DNA from: an uncultured Eubacteriales bacterium
GTDB lineage: Bacteria; Bacillota; Clostridia; UBA1212; CASDQQ01
Length of the DNA: 42,944 nucleotides
Assembly (NCBI GenBank): GCA_949282945.1
Contig: CASDQQ010000095.1
Coordinates: forward strand, 1 to 42,944
Direction of reading: 5' to 3'
Below, piece by piece: positions 29,786 through 39,730 of the stretch; the stretch's first letter is position 1; each line of letters begins with the position of its first letter. The notes below the pieces were generated by a model. The model saw only the letters and a program-made list of their open reading frames with translations. It was not told the DNA's origin and made no database searches. The position numbers and the translations under genes were made by a program.

Positions 29786-30664
29786 TTGAAAAGCTTTGTA
29801 AATTTTATAAAGGGTATTTTTATAGGGATCGCCGCTGTCATACCCGGATTATCGGGCAGTATATTCGCGGTTACCGTTGGACTTTACGATAAGCTTGTAA
29901 ACGCTGTAAATTCTCTTAAAAGCAATTTTAAGAAAAGCGTACTTTTTCTTATTCCCATAGCTATAGGCGGCGCCCTGGGAGTCCTTATATCCACAAAAGC
30001 CGTACTTTGGGTATGTGAAACATATGCAGGTCCCTCCTACGCGTTGTTTATCGGGCTTGTTTTAGGCAGCGTCCCACTGGTCTTAAATAAAATGAGACAA
30101 ACAAAATTCCGTCCTACATATATCCTGTTCCCTCTCATTTCATTCTCGGCAATAACCGCGCTCACTCTTTTAATAAACGAAAATGAAAGCTCTTATGTGG
30201 CTATCCGTGAAATTTATTCGGTATCGGACGCTCTTATAATTTTCGGAGCGGGAATATTTTCTTGCTCTCTTATGGCTGTTCCCGGAGTGAGCGGTTCGGT
30301 AATGCTCATGGTCATAAATCAATATGGCACTGTATATAATGCCGTATCCTCTATCACGTCTTCATGGCACAGTATAGCCATAACGATTATTTTTGCCCTC
30401 GGGGCTATAGTGGGATTTTTAGGCATAGCAAAATTTCTCTCCTGGGCGTTAGATAAATATAACGCTCAGACCTATTATTGTGTTCTTGGATTGATCTTCG
30501 GGGCGGTTTTTTCTCTGATCTATAATGGGCTTTTATCCTCCTTCACCGGGCTTTCGGCGGGAAAAATAATTTTACAGGCATTGATATATACGGGTTTCGC
30601 CGCTATAGGATTTCTTGTCGTAAAGAAAATTGGTAATAGCGACCGGCGTCCCTCTGTAATATGA
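29786..30664 (+). CDS. DUF368 family protein (undecaprenyl phosphate translocase, PopT-like)
   Basis: KGIFIGIAAVIPGLSG, MAVPGVSGS; TTG start after GAAAGGA. Confidence 0.85.
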   Translation: MKSFVNFIKGIFIGIAAVIPGLSGSIFAVTVGLYDKLVNAVNSLKSNFKKSVLFLIPIAIGGALGVLISTKAVLWVCETYAGPSYALFIGLVLGSVPLVLNKMRQTKFRPTYILFPLISFSAITALTLLINENESSYVAIREIYSVSDALIIFGAGIFSCSLMAVPGVSGSVMLMVINQYGTVYNAVSSITSSWHSIAITIIFALGAIVGFLGIAKFLSWALDKYNAQTYYCVLGLIFGAVFSLIYNGLLSSFTGLSAGKIILQALIYTGFAAIGFLVVKKIGNSDRRPSVI

Positions 30665-30702
30665 AGTTTTTAAGTCATACTTAAAATCATACTTAACAAG
30701 CG

Positions 30703-30755
30703 CAAAAATAAAGCGCCGTCTCAAAAATATCATTTTAAGACAGCGCCTCTTTTTA
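30703..30755. terminator. Bidirectional terminator between convergent genes
   Basis: GCGCCGTCTCAAAA / TTTTAAGACAGCGC with A/T tracts. Confidence 0.6.
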
Positions 30756-30784
30756 GCTTTAATTTCAGTTAGAATACAGATAAG

Positions 30785-33187
30785 TTAGAATACAGATATA
30801 TTGCCCAATTTCACATAGCCTCCGCCGCTGAGTTTTATTTTTACTTCTATTACCATTTCTTCTTTGTCCACATCAAACGAGGCAGTAACCAATCTTATAT
30901 CATTTGAGCCAAAGAACTGAGAGCCCAATACTTTCTCCGAATTAAGAAGTTCTCCTGTACCCTTATCATAAATTTCAATCTCTATAAGCTCGGCGTCAGC
31001 CTCTGTAGTATCTAAAGTTCCCATTTCTACATTTACATGATGAGTACCTTCAAGAAGTCCCTCGACCTCTATTCCGCCGGCTACCAGATAGGAACCCTCT
31101 CCTGTCCCTGCTCCCGCCACAACATAATTTTCAGAAACTCGTCCGGTCTCCCTTGTTACAGATTGATCAGCGGCCGACTTTATAAATCTGTCGGAATTTG
31201 AAGCATATACCTCGAAATTATAGATTCTGGCTTTTCCGTCGGCTCCCCCGTCGATCACATTAAGCCTTACATATCTGGCAATTACCTTTTCTATACTTCT
31301 GTCGGTCATATCCTGAGTATTGTCGTTTACCCAGTCAACCTTCTCCCAACTTTCTCCGTCTTTGCTTACTTCTATGGAAAAACTTTTTGTATTAAGAGAA
31401 GGATCCTCTCCTCCGGCTTCCGCATGCTGAATAAGATATCTTGTCACATACATTTCCGAACCCAAATCTACTGTCAGGCTTTTAGTTCCATCCAAAGAGC
31501 TCTGCCACTTTCCCGTATTTGACCCGTTAAGGGCGAGTGAAGCCTCATACCCTTCGTCGGCTCCCGTTGCTTCGACATTTTTGTATAGAGCAGCGTTGTA
31601 AGGCAGACCGTAATATTCTCTGTAAAGCGCTAACATCTGGTCAAGACGGACATATTCGTAAATATCATCTCCAAGAGTTTCTGAAATCTTAACAAAATCA
31701 TTTATCCTCGCGGCCCACGAATTTCCCTGTATTCCAATAAACAAAGGTGATTTTCCGTCCCACTTAGCCACTTCATCTCTGATCGAATTAATAACAGTTT
31801 CTTCAATATTATCTCCCACATAGGCCTGCAGTAAAGATATAGCCGGCATATCCTGATAGATGGATGCAGAAACAGAACTTTGCGCTGTGATCCCCAAAAG
31901 AGTCTTGCATTTTTCCGCAAATAAAGAACCCCAAACATCATTTACGGAATACCATACTGTAATAGCCTGAAATCCTGTCTTTCTCAGATATCTGTCTGTA
32001 TTGTCCACAAAAGCCTTCATCCATTCCTCGTTGCTCCAGTCATTCAGTGAAGAATATCCCGCGCCTGATGGTCCCACCACAAGGCAATCCATTTCGGTGG
32101 CATTGGCATAATACCAGTTTAATATTACCGGAGCCGCGTCCAAAAGCATAGGCGAACAGGTCCAGCTTACAGGTATCCGGCCTCTTCCCTCTTCATCCCA
32201 CTTATTTCTGAGGCCGTGCTGGCAATATTGTATATTATCTCCTTCGCTCATCATAAAGGATATGTACACTTTGTTTTCTAATTCAGGCGTCTGAGGCATC
32301 GGATTTTTAATAATACATCTGTCGGTACCTGAATAAACTGTATAGTTTTCAAAATAATCGGCTGCCAGAGTAGGTATGCCATGCTCTCCGCCAGAAAAAG
32401 CAACGCCGTTGGGTTCATCCACCCACCAACCTACATACATAGCTTTTCCTACTTCCATATCATTAAAAAACTTGCTTAAAAGGCTTCGTTCTTCCGCCAC
32501 CATACTGTCAAGCCATACGATCGCTGATTTTGTAGCCACCGCCATATCCCTTATACAGGTCCTGTCAGTGGGTTTTACTCCTACTAAAATTCTTTTTTCT
32601 GTTTCCGGCCATAAATTTTCATACAGATAGTTGTACACTTCCAGCTTATCTTCAAACCTGTCATTGTAGTTTTCTTTAATTTCAAGATTATACGGGGCCT
32701 GGCTATATTTTTCCGCTTCTTTAGGCGAGCATACTATACAATCATTAAGCCCGGCGAAGGTTTCAGCCAAATTAAAGGTGTCGCTGAGACCGTCGTCGTA
32801 AACCACGATTCCTTTTATTTCAGAAATATATTTTAATATAGCGTCGTCCTGGCTGATCCTTTCATAGGGTACACCCAAAGCCTCCGGCCATGTATTGACT
32901 CCCTCGCTGGGTGAAGCCAGACATATAATTCTGGGTTTTGTCCTGTTTACTATACCTTGAAGCGAGACCGTAAGCCCATTGGCATTCAGAGAATCCAATT
33001 TTTCGGCTACAGGAGCAAAAGAAGGCAAAAGCTGTCCCTCTGGCCATGTGATTCCGGTATCCGCTATTGAAACCCGTTCTCCCTGAACGTAGTTGTCCGT
33101 TCCCGGCCCGTTTTTCCCGGAGCCTGTGCAAGACACTAATGTAAAAGTAACGCTTAACGTCAATAATAGACCTAGTATTTTTTTCAT
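30785..33187 (-). CDS. GxGYxYP-family putative glycoside hydrolase lipoprotein with an F5/8 (CBM32-like) domain and further C-terminal domain
   Basis: Lipobox LVSC; SLQGIVNR..PRI, RDMAVA, GWWVDE, SEGDNIQY, VSWT, GPSGAGY; discoidin motifs VDLG...ARYVRL...IYNFEVY. Confidence 0.8.
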   Translation of the reverse strand: MKKILGLLLTLSVTFTLVSCTGSGKNGPGTDNYVQGERVSIADTGITWPEGQLLPSFAPVAEKLDSLNANGLTVSLQGIVNRTKPRIICLASPSEGVNTWPEALGVPYERISQDDAILKYISEIKGIVVYDDGLSDTFNLAETFAGLNDCIVCSPKEAEKYSQAPYNLEIKENYNDRFEDKLEVYNYLYENLWPETEKRILVGVKPTDRTCIRDMAVATKSAIVWLDSMVAEERSLLSKFFNDMEVGKAMYVGWWVDEPNGVAFSGGEHGIPTLAADYFENYTVYSGTDRCIIKNPMPQTPELENKVYISFMMSEGDNIQYCQHGLRNKWDEEGRGRIPVSWTCSPMLLDAAPVILNWYYANATEMDCLVVGPSGAGYSSLNDWSNEEWMKAFVDNTDRYLRKTGFQAITVWYSVNDVWGSLFAEKCKTLLGITAQSSVSASIYQDMPAISLLQAYVGDNIEETVINSIRDEVAKWDGKSPLFIGIQGNSWAARINDFVKISETLGDDIYEYVRLDQMLALYREYYGLPYNAALYKNVEATGADEGYEASLALNGSNTGKWQSSLDGTKSLTVDLGSEMYVTRYLIQHAEAGGEDPSLNTKSFSIEVSKDGESWEKVDWVNDNTQDMTDRSIEKVIARYVRLNVIDGGADGKARIYNFEVYASNSDRFIKSAADQSVTRETGRVSENYVVAGAGTGEGSYLVAGGIEVEGLLEGTHHVNVEMGTLDTTEADAELIEIEIYDKGTGELLNSEKVLGSQFFGSNDIRLVTASFDVDKEEMVIEVKIKLSGGGYVKLGNISVF

Positions 33188-33314
33188 TTAGAAACTCCTT
33201 TATAAAATTGAATTGTCTTTTATTTAAAATAACATAATTTTTCGGCAAAGTATAGATTTTTATTTTTTCATAAACGATTCAGAATAATCATTTTTATCTT
33301 TATTTATAAACATA

Positions 33315-33367
33315 ACAGGAGTCCATGCTTTCGTATATTAAAAACGCAAAACATGAACTCCTTTATG
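33315..33367 (-). terminator. Hairpin after pyk
   Basis: AGGAGTCCATG / CATGAACTCCT. Confidence 0.55.
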
Positions 33368-33388
33368 ATCTTTGTATTTTAATTCAAA

Positions 33389-34807
33389 TCAGCATATTCT
33401 GTGTATCTTAAGCATATCGGTCTTCTTTTCGTTTATTACGGAACCCCCTATAATGACCACAAGATCATCCTTATCCACTAATCCGGTCTCCAGGGCCTTT
33501 TCTATTCCGTGGGCAAAAACTTCGTCTGTATTATCCTTTTCTTCCGCTTTTACCGGATATACATTCCACGCAAGGCTTAACTGCCTGTATCCTTTTTCCT
33601 CTATGACAGTAGCGATTATAGGGCATTTAGGTCTGTAGTCCGCTACCAGATCGGCCGTTTTTCCTGTACTTGTAACAACGATAAGCGCTTTAGCGTCTGT
33701 CTGATACGCCGCGCTACAGGAAGAACTTGCGATGGTATTTGATATATCGCAGCCAAGTTTAAGCTTATTTGTATTAAAACGTTTTTCATAGTCTATCGAA
33801 GCTTCCGTACTTTCGGCAATAGCCGCCATAGTCTTTACCGCCTCAATGGGATAATCTCCGGCCGCGGATTCTCCTGAAAGCATAATTGCCGTAGTTCCGT
33901 CGTAAACGGCGTTCGCTACGTCTGATACCTCCGCTCTTGTGGGCCTTGGGTTTTTAGTCATAGATTCAAGCATCTGAGTAGCCGTAACCACATATTTCCC
34001 CGCCCTGTAGCATTTCTTTATCATGTCCTTTTGTATTGCCGGAAGATCTCTAAAAGGAATCTCAACGCCCATATCTCCCCTTGCTATCATTATTCCGTCG
34101 CTTACCTTTATAATTTCATCAAGGTTCTCTATTCCCTGTGTATTTTCTATCTTGGAAATTATTTTTATTTTTTCTCCTCCGTTTACGTCCAAAAACGCCC
34201 TTAACTGCAAAACATCATATGCCGTCCTTACAAATGAAGCCGCCACAAAGTCCACGTCCTGCTCTATCCCAAAGAGCAGATCGCTTTTATCAACATCGCT
34301 TATATACGGCATATCTATCGCTACGTTTGGTACGTTTATACTTTTATGATTGCTGAGACGTCCTCCGTTTTCTGTCCTGCATACGATATCCCCGTTTTTT
34401 ATATCGATTATATTAAACGCGACTTTTCCGTCATCCACCAATATCCTTGTTCCCACCTTCACATTTTTGGCAAGGTTAGGATAACTCAGCCCTACTATTT
34501 TTTCATTTCCCATGATCGTACTGTCGTGGGAAAATACTATTTCGTCTCCTTCATTCAATGTAACATATCCGTTTTCAAAATCCTTAAGCCTTATCTCCGG
34601 TCCCTTGGTATCTAAGAGTATGGCTGTAGGCAGATTTAATTTTTCCCTTAACATTTTTATCTTGTCCATTCTCTCGCGCTGTTCCTCATGAGTCCCATGG
34701 GAAAAATTGAATCTCGCGCAATCCATTCCCGCCAACATAAGCTGCTCTAAAGTTTCGACATTGTCTACAGCCGGACCTAACGTACAAATAATTTTCGTTT
34801 TTCTCAT
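33389..34807 (-). CDS. pyk: Pyruvate kinase
   Basis: RKTKIICTLGP, RFNFSHG, DTKGPEIR, MIARGDMGVE, ATQMLESM, MLSGESA. Confidence 0.97.
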   Translation of the reverse strand: MRKTKIICTLGPAVDNVETLEQLMLAGMDCARFNFSHGTHEEQRERMDKIKMLREKLNLPTAILLDTKGPEIRLKDFENGYVTLNEGDEIVFSHDSTIMGNEKIVGLSYPNLAKNVKVGTRILVDDGKVAFNIIDIKNGDIVCRTENGGRLSNHKSINVPNVAIDMPYISDVDKSDLLFGIEQDVDFVAASFVRTAYDVLQLRAFLDVNGGEKIKIISKIENTQGIENLDEIIKVSDGIMIARGDMGVEIPFRDLPAIQKDMIKKCYRAGKYVVTATQMLESMTKNPRPTRAEVSDVANAVYDGTTAIMLSGESAAGDYPIEAVKTMAAIAESTEASIDYEKRFNTNKLKLGCDISNTIASSSCSAAYQTDAKALIVVTSTGKTADLVADYRPKCPIIATVIEEKGYRQLSLAWNVYPVKAEEKDNTDEVFAHGIEKALETGLVDKDDLVVIIGGSVINEKKTDMLKIHRIC

Positions 34808-34827
34808 CTATTCCTCCAAAAAATTTA

Positions 34828-36396
34828 TTATTCTCCCGTGTTTTCTATAGTTCCCAATTCAGCGTTCAGTTTGCCGTACGCTTTAAATTCAAATATACCC
34901 ACTCTTTGCGGCTCTTTCCACCTGTCAGGATCTCCGTTGGCCTTGGAGCCGTAGTTTCTCGTGAGACTCTCGCAGTCAGTCACGGTAAGCCTTATATATT
35001 TCGCGGTAGCCTCTTTAACATCCTTTCTCGGCGTTCCCTCCGTCTTTTCGCTGCTGTTGTCCGCGTACATTTCCCAATTAATATTGTCTAAAGACGTTTC
35101 CAGAGTATATCTGTAATATTTCGACCCATATTCAAAATATATTTCCGTTCTTTTAATATCATATACATTATCAAGCTCTATTACCAAAGATATATTATCC
35201 TTTTTATCTTCTGATTTCCACAGGGTGGCATTGTTTTCATCTGTAAGATAAGCGGGTCTGTATCTGCTTTCTATTTTTTCCTCCGTGGTTACTGTAGCTC
35301 CGGCCGCCACATTCTTTAATTCAAATTCTTCCGCCGACCGGGTATAATCTATTGTTATTCCTTCATAAGAAGCTCTTATCGTATTTATCGTTCCGTCTTC
35401 ATTAAAGGTCATTTCGTCGGCGCAGACCTGCCTGAATCCAAATCCAAGGAAAGGTATGCTCTGTCTGTGATATACCAGTATACATCTGTCTCCGTCCATA
35501 ATCGTGGAATTATGTCCCGTCCCCAGAATTTTTCCGTCCCCTGGCGATTCCAGTATAGTCCCCATTACTGTATAGGGTCCGTATATACTGTCGGCCATAG
35601 CGTATACCACATGATAATCGCTTCCCGTCCAGGAGCCTTCCGAGTAGAGCATATAATATTTCCCGTTTCTTTTAAAGATTTCCTGGCCTTCTCTATAAGA
35701 ATGGCTGAGTTCTTCTATCCTTTCGATATGAAGCACATTTGTCAGATCATTAGGATCCAATTCACATATGGCGGTATATAGAACTTTATCCCCTTCAGTA
35801 GCATTCTCTCTCAGAAGATACGCCAGATATATTTTTCCGTCGTCGTCTAAAAACGCCTGAGCATCTATAGTTTTGTTTTCAGGGAAGGTGGCGTCAGTGG
35901 TTCCGAAAAGATTTCCAAGCACTGTAAAAGGTCCTTCGGGAGAATCACCCTCGGCGACCATCGTAAAGTAATCGCCCTGAGTAAAAAACAGATAATATTT
36001 ATTATTGTAATTCAGCATCGACGGAGCCCAGAAATAGGACTCAGATTTAGTATATTTCCTTCCGTTCTTTGTTAAAAGCTCCATAGGAGACGCTTCCCAA
36101 TTAACAAAATCCGTTGATTTCCATATCATAGGCCACCCGGCGTTTCCGTTTAGGACATATCCGTCTGTAGTGGAATATATATAATATGTATCTCCGAATT
36201 TATAAGCCGAGGGATCAGCATGATATCCCGCAAGTATAGGATTATTTACCTTTACCTTGCTAGTCACCGTCCCGTCATCATTATAAATAATGTCTGTATC
36301 TTCACCATTTTCTTTATTTTGTCCGCATGAAACCAAAACAGAAATCATCATAATAAGAGCCGCCGCGAACGCTACAGACCTTTTAAATTTATTCAT
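34828..36396 (-). CDS. Glycoside hydrolase family 43 lipoprotein with C-terminal F5/8 (CBM32-like) domain
   Basis: Lipobox LVSC; HADP, FWAP, TIDA, YREG, GTGHNS; start set at MNKFKR after AAGGAG. Confidence 0.88.
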   Translation of the reverse strand: MNKFKRSVAFAAALIMMISVLVSCGQNKENGEDTDIIYNDDGTVTSKVKVNNPILAGYHADPSAYKFGDTYYIYSTTDGYVLNGNAGWPMIWKSTDFVNWEASPMELLTKNGRKYTKSESYFWAPSMLNYNNKYYLFFTQGDYFTMVAEGDSPEGPFTVLGNLFGTTDATFPENKTIDAQAFLDDDGKIYLAYLLRENATEGDKVLYTAICELDPNDLTNVLHIERIEELSHSYREGQEIFKRNGKYYMLYSEGSWTGSDYHVVYAMADSIYGPYTVMGTILESPGDGKILGTGHNSTIMDGDRCILVYHRQSIPFLGFGFRQVCADEMTFNEDGTINTIRASYEGITIDYTRSAEEFELKNVAAGATVTTEEKIESRYRPAYLTDENNATLWKSEDKKDNISLVIELDNVYDIKRTEIYFEYGSKYYRYTLETSLDNINWEMYADNSSEKTEGTPRKDVKEATAKYIRLTVTDCESLTRNYGSKANGDPDRWKEPQRVGIFEFKAYGKLNAELGTIENTGE

Positions 36397-36449
36397 AGCA
36401 CACACTCCTTTGGATATTTTAAGCCGTGTTACCATAGATTTATTATAAT

Positions 36450-37877
36450 TCAATTCAATTTTTCTTTCAATATTGTGTTTATTTCCGAAGGATCCGCCGC
36501 TCCTTTCATGGCTTTCATAGTCTGCCCCACAAGATATCCGACGGCCTTCTCCTTTCCATTTTTGTAATCGTGAACCGGGCCGGGATTGTCCGAAATTACT
36601 TTATCCACTATTTTTTCTATTTCTTCGCGGTCGGAAAGCATTGACAGACCATTTTCTCTTACAAATGCCTCCGGATCGCGTTTTTCAAAAAATACCTTCG
36701 AAAGCGCCTGCTTTCCAATATTTCTATTTATTTTTCCGCCGTTTACCATTTTTATTATTTTTCCGATATGCTCAAAATCGATATTTATGGTTTCCGGATC
36801 GGCCCCCTCTTCATTTAAAATCTTCATTAGCTCCACCGTAATCCAATTGGCCGCATCCTTTGGACTTTTACAATATCCTGCCGTTTCTTCAAAAAGCTTC
36901 GCGATATTTTTTGAGCGGATCAATATATCCGCATCATATGAAGATATTCCCAATTCCTCTACATATCTTTTTTTCTTTGCGTCCGGAAGCTCAGGAAGAT
37001 TTCCTTTTATATTTTCTATCCATTGTTCGCTTATTTCTACAGGAGGTATGTCCGGCTCAGGAAAATATCTGTAATCGTGAACCTCTTCCTTTGAACGCAT
37101 GGCGCTGCTTTCTCCTTTAGCGTCATCCCATCTTCTGGTTTCCTGCCTTACTTTCTTTCCCGCTTCTATAAGTTCTATCTGCCTCCCGCTCTCATATTCT
37201 ATAGCTCTTGATATGGCTTTAAAGGAGTTTAGATTCTTCATTTCCGTTCTCGTTCCCATCTTCAGACAGCCTTTTTTTCTAACTGACAGATTTACATCAG
37301 CCCTCAAAGATCCCTCCTGCATTTTACAATCGGAGATTCCGGCATATATCAAAATATTTTTCAGCTTTTCCAGATAGGAAATTACCTCTTCTGCGCTTCT
37401 GAAATCGGGATGGCTCACTATTTCTAAAAGAGGTACCCCGCATCTGTTATAGTCTATAAGGGTACAATTTTCCCCATCGTGATGTATAAGCTTCCCCGCG
37501 TCCTCTTCCATATGTATCTCTTTTATACCGATTTTCTTTTTTCCATCCGCCGTATCTATCTCCAGATAACCGTTTTGGCAAACGGGCATATAAAGCTGAG
37601 ATATTTGATATGCTTTGGGCAGATCCGGATAAAAATAATTTTTCCTGTCAAATCTGCAGTGCCTGGTTATTTCACAATTTGTAGCTATGCCCGCCGCTAT
37701 GGCAAGACAGACCACCCGCTTATTTAATACCGGCAAAGATCCGGGCATCCCGGTACACACCGGACAGCACTGGGTATTAGGCTCTCCTCCGAATTTTGTC
37801 GTACACCCGCAAAATATTTTGCTCTCGGTGGCAAGCTCCGCGTGGACTTCAAGCCCGATCACTGTTTCATAGTTCAT
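36450..37877 (-). CDS. gatB: Asp/Glu-tRNA amidotransferase subunit B
   Basis: IGLEVHAEL, FDRKNYFYPDLPK, HMEEDAGK, YRYFPEPD. Confidence 0.97.
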   Translation of the reverse strand: MNYETVIGLEVHAELATESKIFCGCTTKFGGEPNTQCCPVCTGMPGSLPVLNKRVVCLAIAAGIATNCEITRHCRFDRKNYFYPDLPKAYQISQLYMPVCQNGYLEIDTADGKKKIGIKEIHMEEDAGKLIHHDGENCTLIDYNRCGVPLLEIVSHPDFRSAEEVISYLEKLKNILIYAGISDCKMQEGSLRADVNLSVRKKGCLKMGTRTEMKNLNSFKAISRAIEYESGRQIELIEAGKKVRQETRRWDDAKGESSAMRSKEEVHDYRYFPEPDIPPVEISEQWIENIKGNLPELPDAKKKRYVEELGISSYDADILIRSKNIAKLFEETAGYCKSPKDAANWITVELMKILNEEGADPETINIDFEHIGKIIKMVNGGKINRNIGKQALSKVFFEKRDPEAFVRENGLSMLSDREEIEKIVDKVISDNPGPVHDYKNGKEKAVGYLVGQTMKAMKGAADPSEINTILKEKLN

Positions 37878-39328
37878 CTTTTTGCCTCCCGGTATCCTGA
37901 CCATGACTCAAAAGTATATCCCGCTCTTATCAAATTACTTTCTTTCCAGGCGGGACCTATCAACTGCAATCCTATGGGAAGTCCGGCAGTATCCCTGCCG
38001 CAGGGCAGCGTCATTCCCGGAAGCCCCGTCAAATTTGCGGAAACCGTAAAAATATCTCCCGAATACATTTTCACAGGGTCGGATAAGCTTTCCCCAAGCT
38101 TCAACGCCGTTTCCGGAGCCGTCGGAGAAAGTATAATGTCGTATTTTTCAAATGCTTTATCAAAAGACCTCTTTATAATGTTTCTTACTCTTAAAGCCTT
38201 ATTGTAGTAAGCGTCATAATATCCTGAGCTAAGTACAAAATTCCCGAGCATTATCCTTCTTTTTACTTCCTCTCCAAATCCATCGGTCCTGGATCTTTCA
38301 TAGAGCTCTGAGATATTTTTACAATTTTCCGCTCTGTATCCGTATTTTATCCCGTCATACCTTGAAAGATTTGAACTTGCCTCTGCTGAAGCTATTATAT
38401 AATAAGCGGGCACAGCGTATTTCACAGCCTCAAGAGAAAATTCCTCAACCCTGGCCCCCATTATTTCAAACTGCTTTGCGGCGTTTAAAACCGCGTCCTT
38501 TACCTCCTGGTCCATACTCTCTTCAAAATATTCTCTGGGTATCCCTATCTTCATATTTTCAACGCCGTATACAAGATTCTTTAAAAAGTCTCCTTTTTCT
38601 GATTTTGACGATGTCCCGTCCTTTTCATCATAGCCGGAAATCACATTGAGTACCGCCGCGCAGTCGGAGACATTTTTAGCTATGGGTCCTATCTGGTCAA
38701 AAGAAGAAGCATAGGCAATGAGTCCATATCTTGATACTCTTCCATATGTAGGTTTTATTCCCGTTGTTCCGGTAAAAGAGCAGGGCTGTCTTATGGATCC
38801 CCCGGTATCTGACCCGAGAGAATACCATATTTCATTTGAAGCCACGGCCGCGGCAGGCCCTCCGCTGGACCCTCCGGGAGATCTGCCGGTATCTTCAGGA
38901 TTTTTAACCGCTCCAAAAAAAGATGTTTCGGATGTACTGCCCATAGCGAATTCATCCATATTCAGTTTTCCCAACAAAATTGCTCCCGCATTGTAAAGCC
39001 TCTCTATTGCTTCTGCGTTATACGCAGGTATAAAATTTTCAAGCATTTTTGAAGCGCATGTGGTTTTGATGCCGGAAGTGCAGATATTATCTTTTACAGC
39101 CATAGGAACGCCGGCCAAAGGTCCGTTAAGTTTTCCTTCGTTTATTTTTTTCTGGACATCCTCCGCCCGTCCCAGCGCCTCCTCTTCACAGACAGTTATA
39201 AAGGCGTTATATTTCTTATCGGTATCTTTTATATATTTAACAGCTTCCTTTACAGCCTCCAGGACTCCTATTTCTCTTTTATTTATTTTCTCCCCCAACT
39301 GAAGAGCGGTCATATTAAAAATATTCAT
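37874..39328 (-). CDS. gatA: Asp/Glu-tRNA amidotransferase subunit A
   Basis: KDNI, PGGSSGG, GSDTGGSIRQP amidase signature. Confidence 0.97.
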   Translation of the reverse strand: MNIFNMTALQLGEKINKREIGVLEAVKEAVKYIKDTDKKYNAFITVCEEEALGRAEDVQKKINEGKLNGPLAGVPMAVKDNICTSGIKTTCASKMLENFIPAYNAEAIERLYNAGAILLGKLNMDEFAMGSTSETSFFGAVKNPEDTGRSPGGSSGGPAAAVASNEIWYSLGSDTGGSIRQPCSFTGTTGIKPTYGRVSRYGLIAYASSFDQIGPIAKNVSDCAAVLNVISGYDEKDGTSSKSEKGDFLKNLVYGVENMKIGIPREYFEESMDQEVKDAVLNAAKQFEIMGARVEEFSLEAVKYAVPAYYIIASAEASSNLSRYDGIKYGYRAENCKNISELYERSRTDGFGEEVKRRIMLGNFVLSSGYYDAYYNKALRVRNIIKRSFDKAFEKYDIILSPTAPETALKLGESLSDPVKMYSGDIFTVSANLTGLPGMTLPCGRDTAGLPIGLQLIGPAWKESNLIRAGYTFESWSGYREAKR

Positions 39329-39624
39329 TTGCCGTTTCCCGCCTCTATCGTCCTGGGAACCTTAAAATAGTTTTCTGTCCTTTCCTCGGCGTTTGCAACC
39401 ACAGCTTTTACAGGCTGCGATTCCTTTTTAACATCCTCCCGAAATACGTTGGATGTTGAAAAAATGTAAGGCAGCGGTTCAGTTTCGGTAACCTCTATCT
39501 CATTTAAAATACCGATATAGTTTATTATATCTTCCATATCTTTTTTAAGCTTTTCTTTTTCAGCCCTATTCATATTAAGCCTTGAAAGACGGCTTATGTG
39601 GTTTATAGTTTTATCGTCTATCAT
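39325..39624 (-). CDS. gatC: Asp/Glu-tRNA amidotransferase subunit C
   Basis: HISRLSRL, NVFRED, YFKVPR; position upstream of gatA. Confidence 0.9.
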   Translation of the reverse strand: MIDDKTINHISRLSRLNMNRAEKEKLKKDMEDIINYIGILNEIEVTETEPLPYIFSTSNVFREDVKKESQPVKAVVANAEERTENYFKVPRTIEAGNGK

Positions 39625-39730
39625 AATAAACTCCGTATCAAGGATCATCAGTCCGGATTTTTTATATAGATTTTATCACCTGCTCATATACATTTCAAAT
39701 CATATCAAAAAACAGACTTCAAAAAATCTT

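Noticed and set aside
36586-39302. Many plus-strand ORFs of 60-160 aa
   Set aside because: Antisense shadows of gatB and gatA
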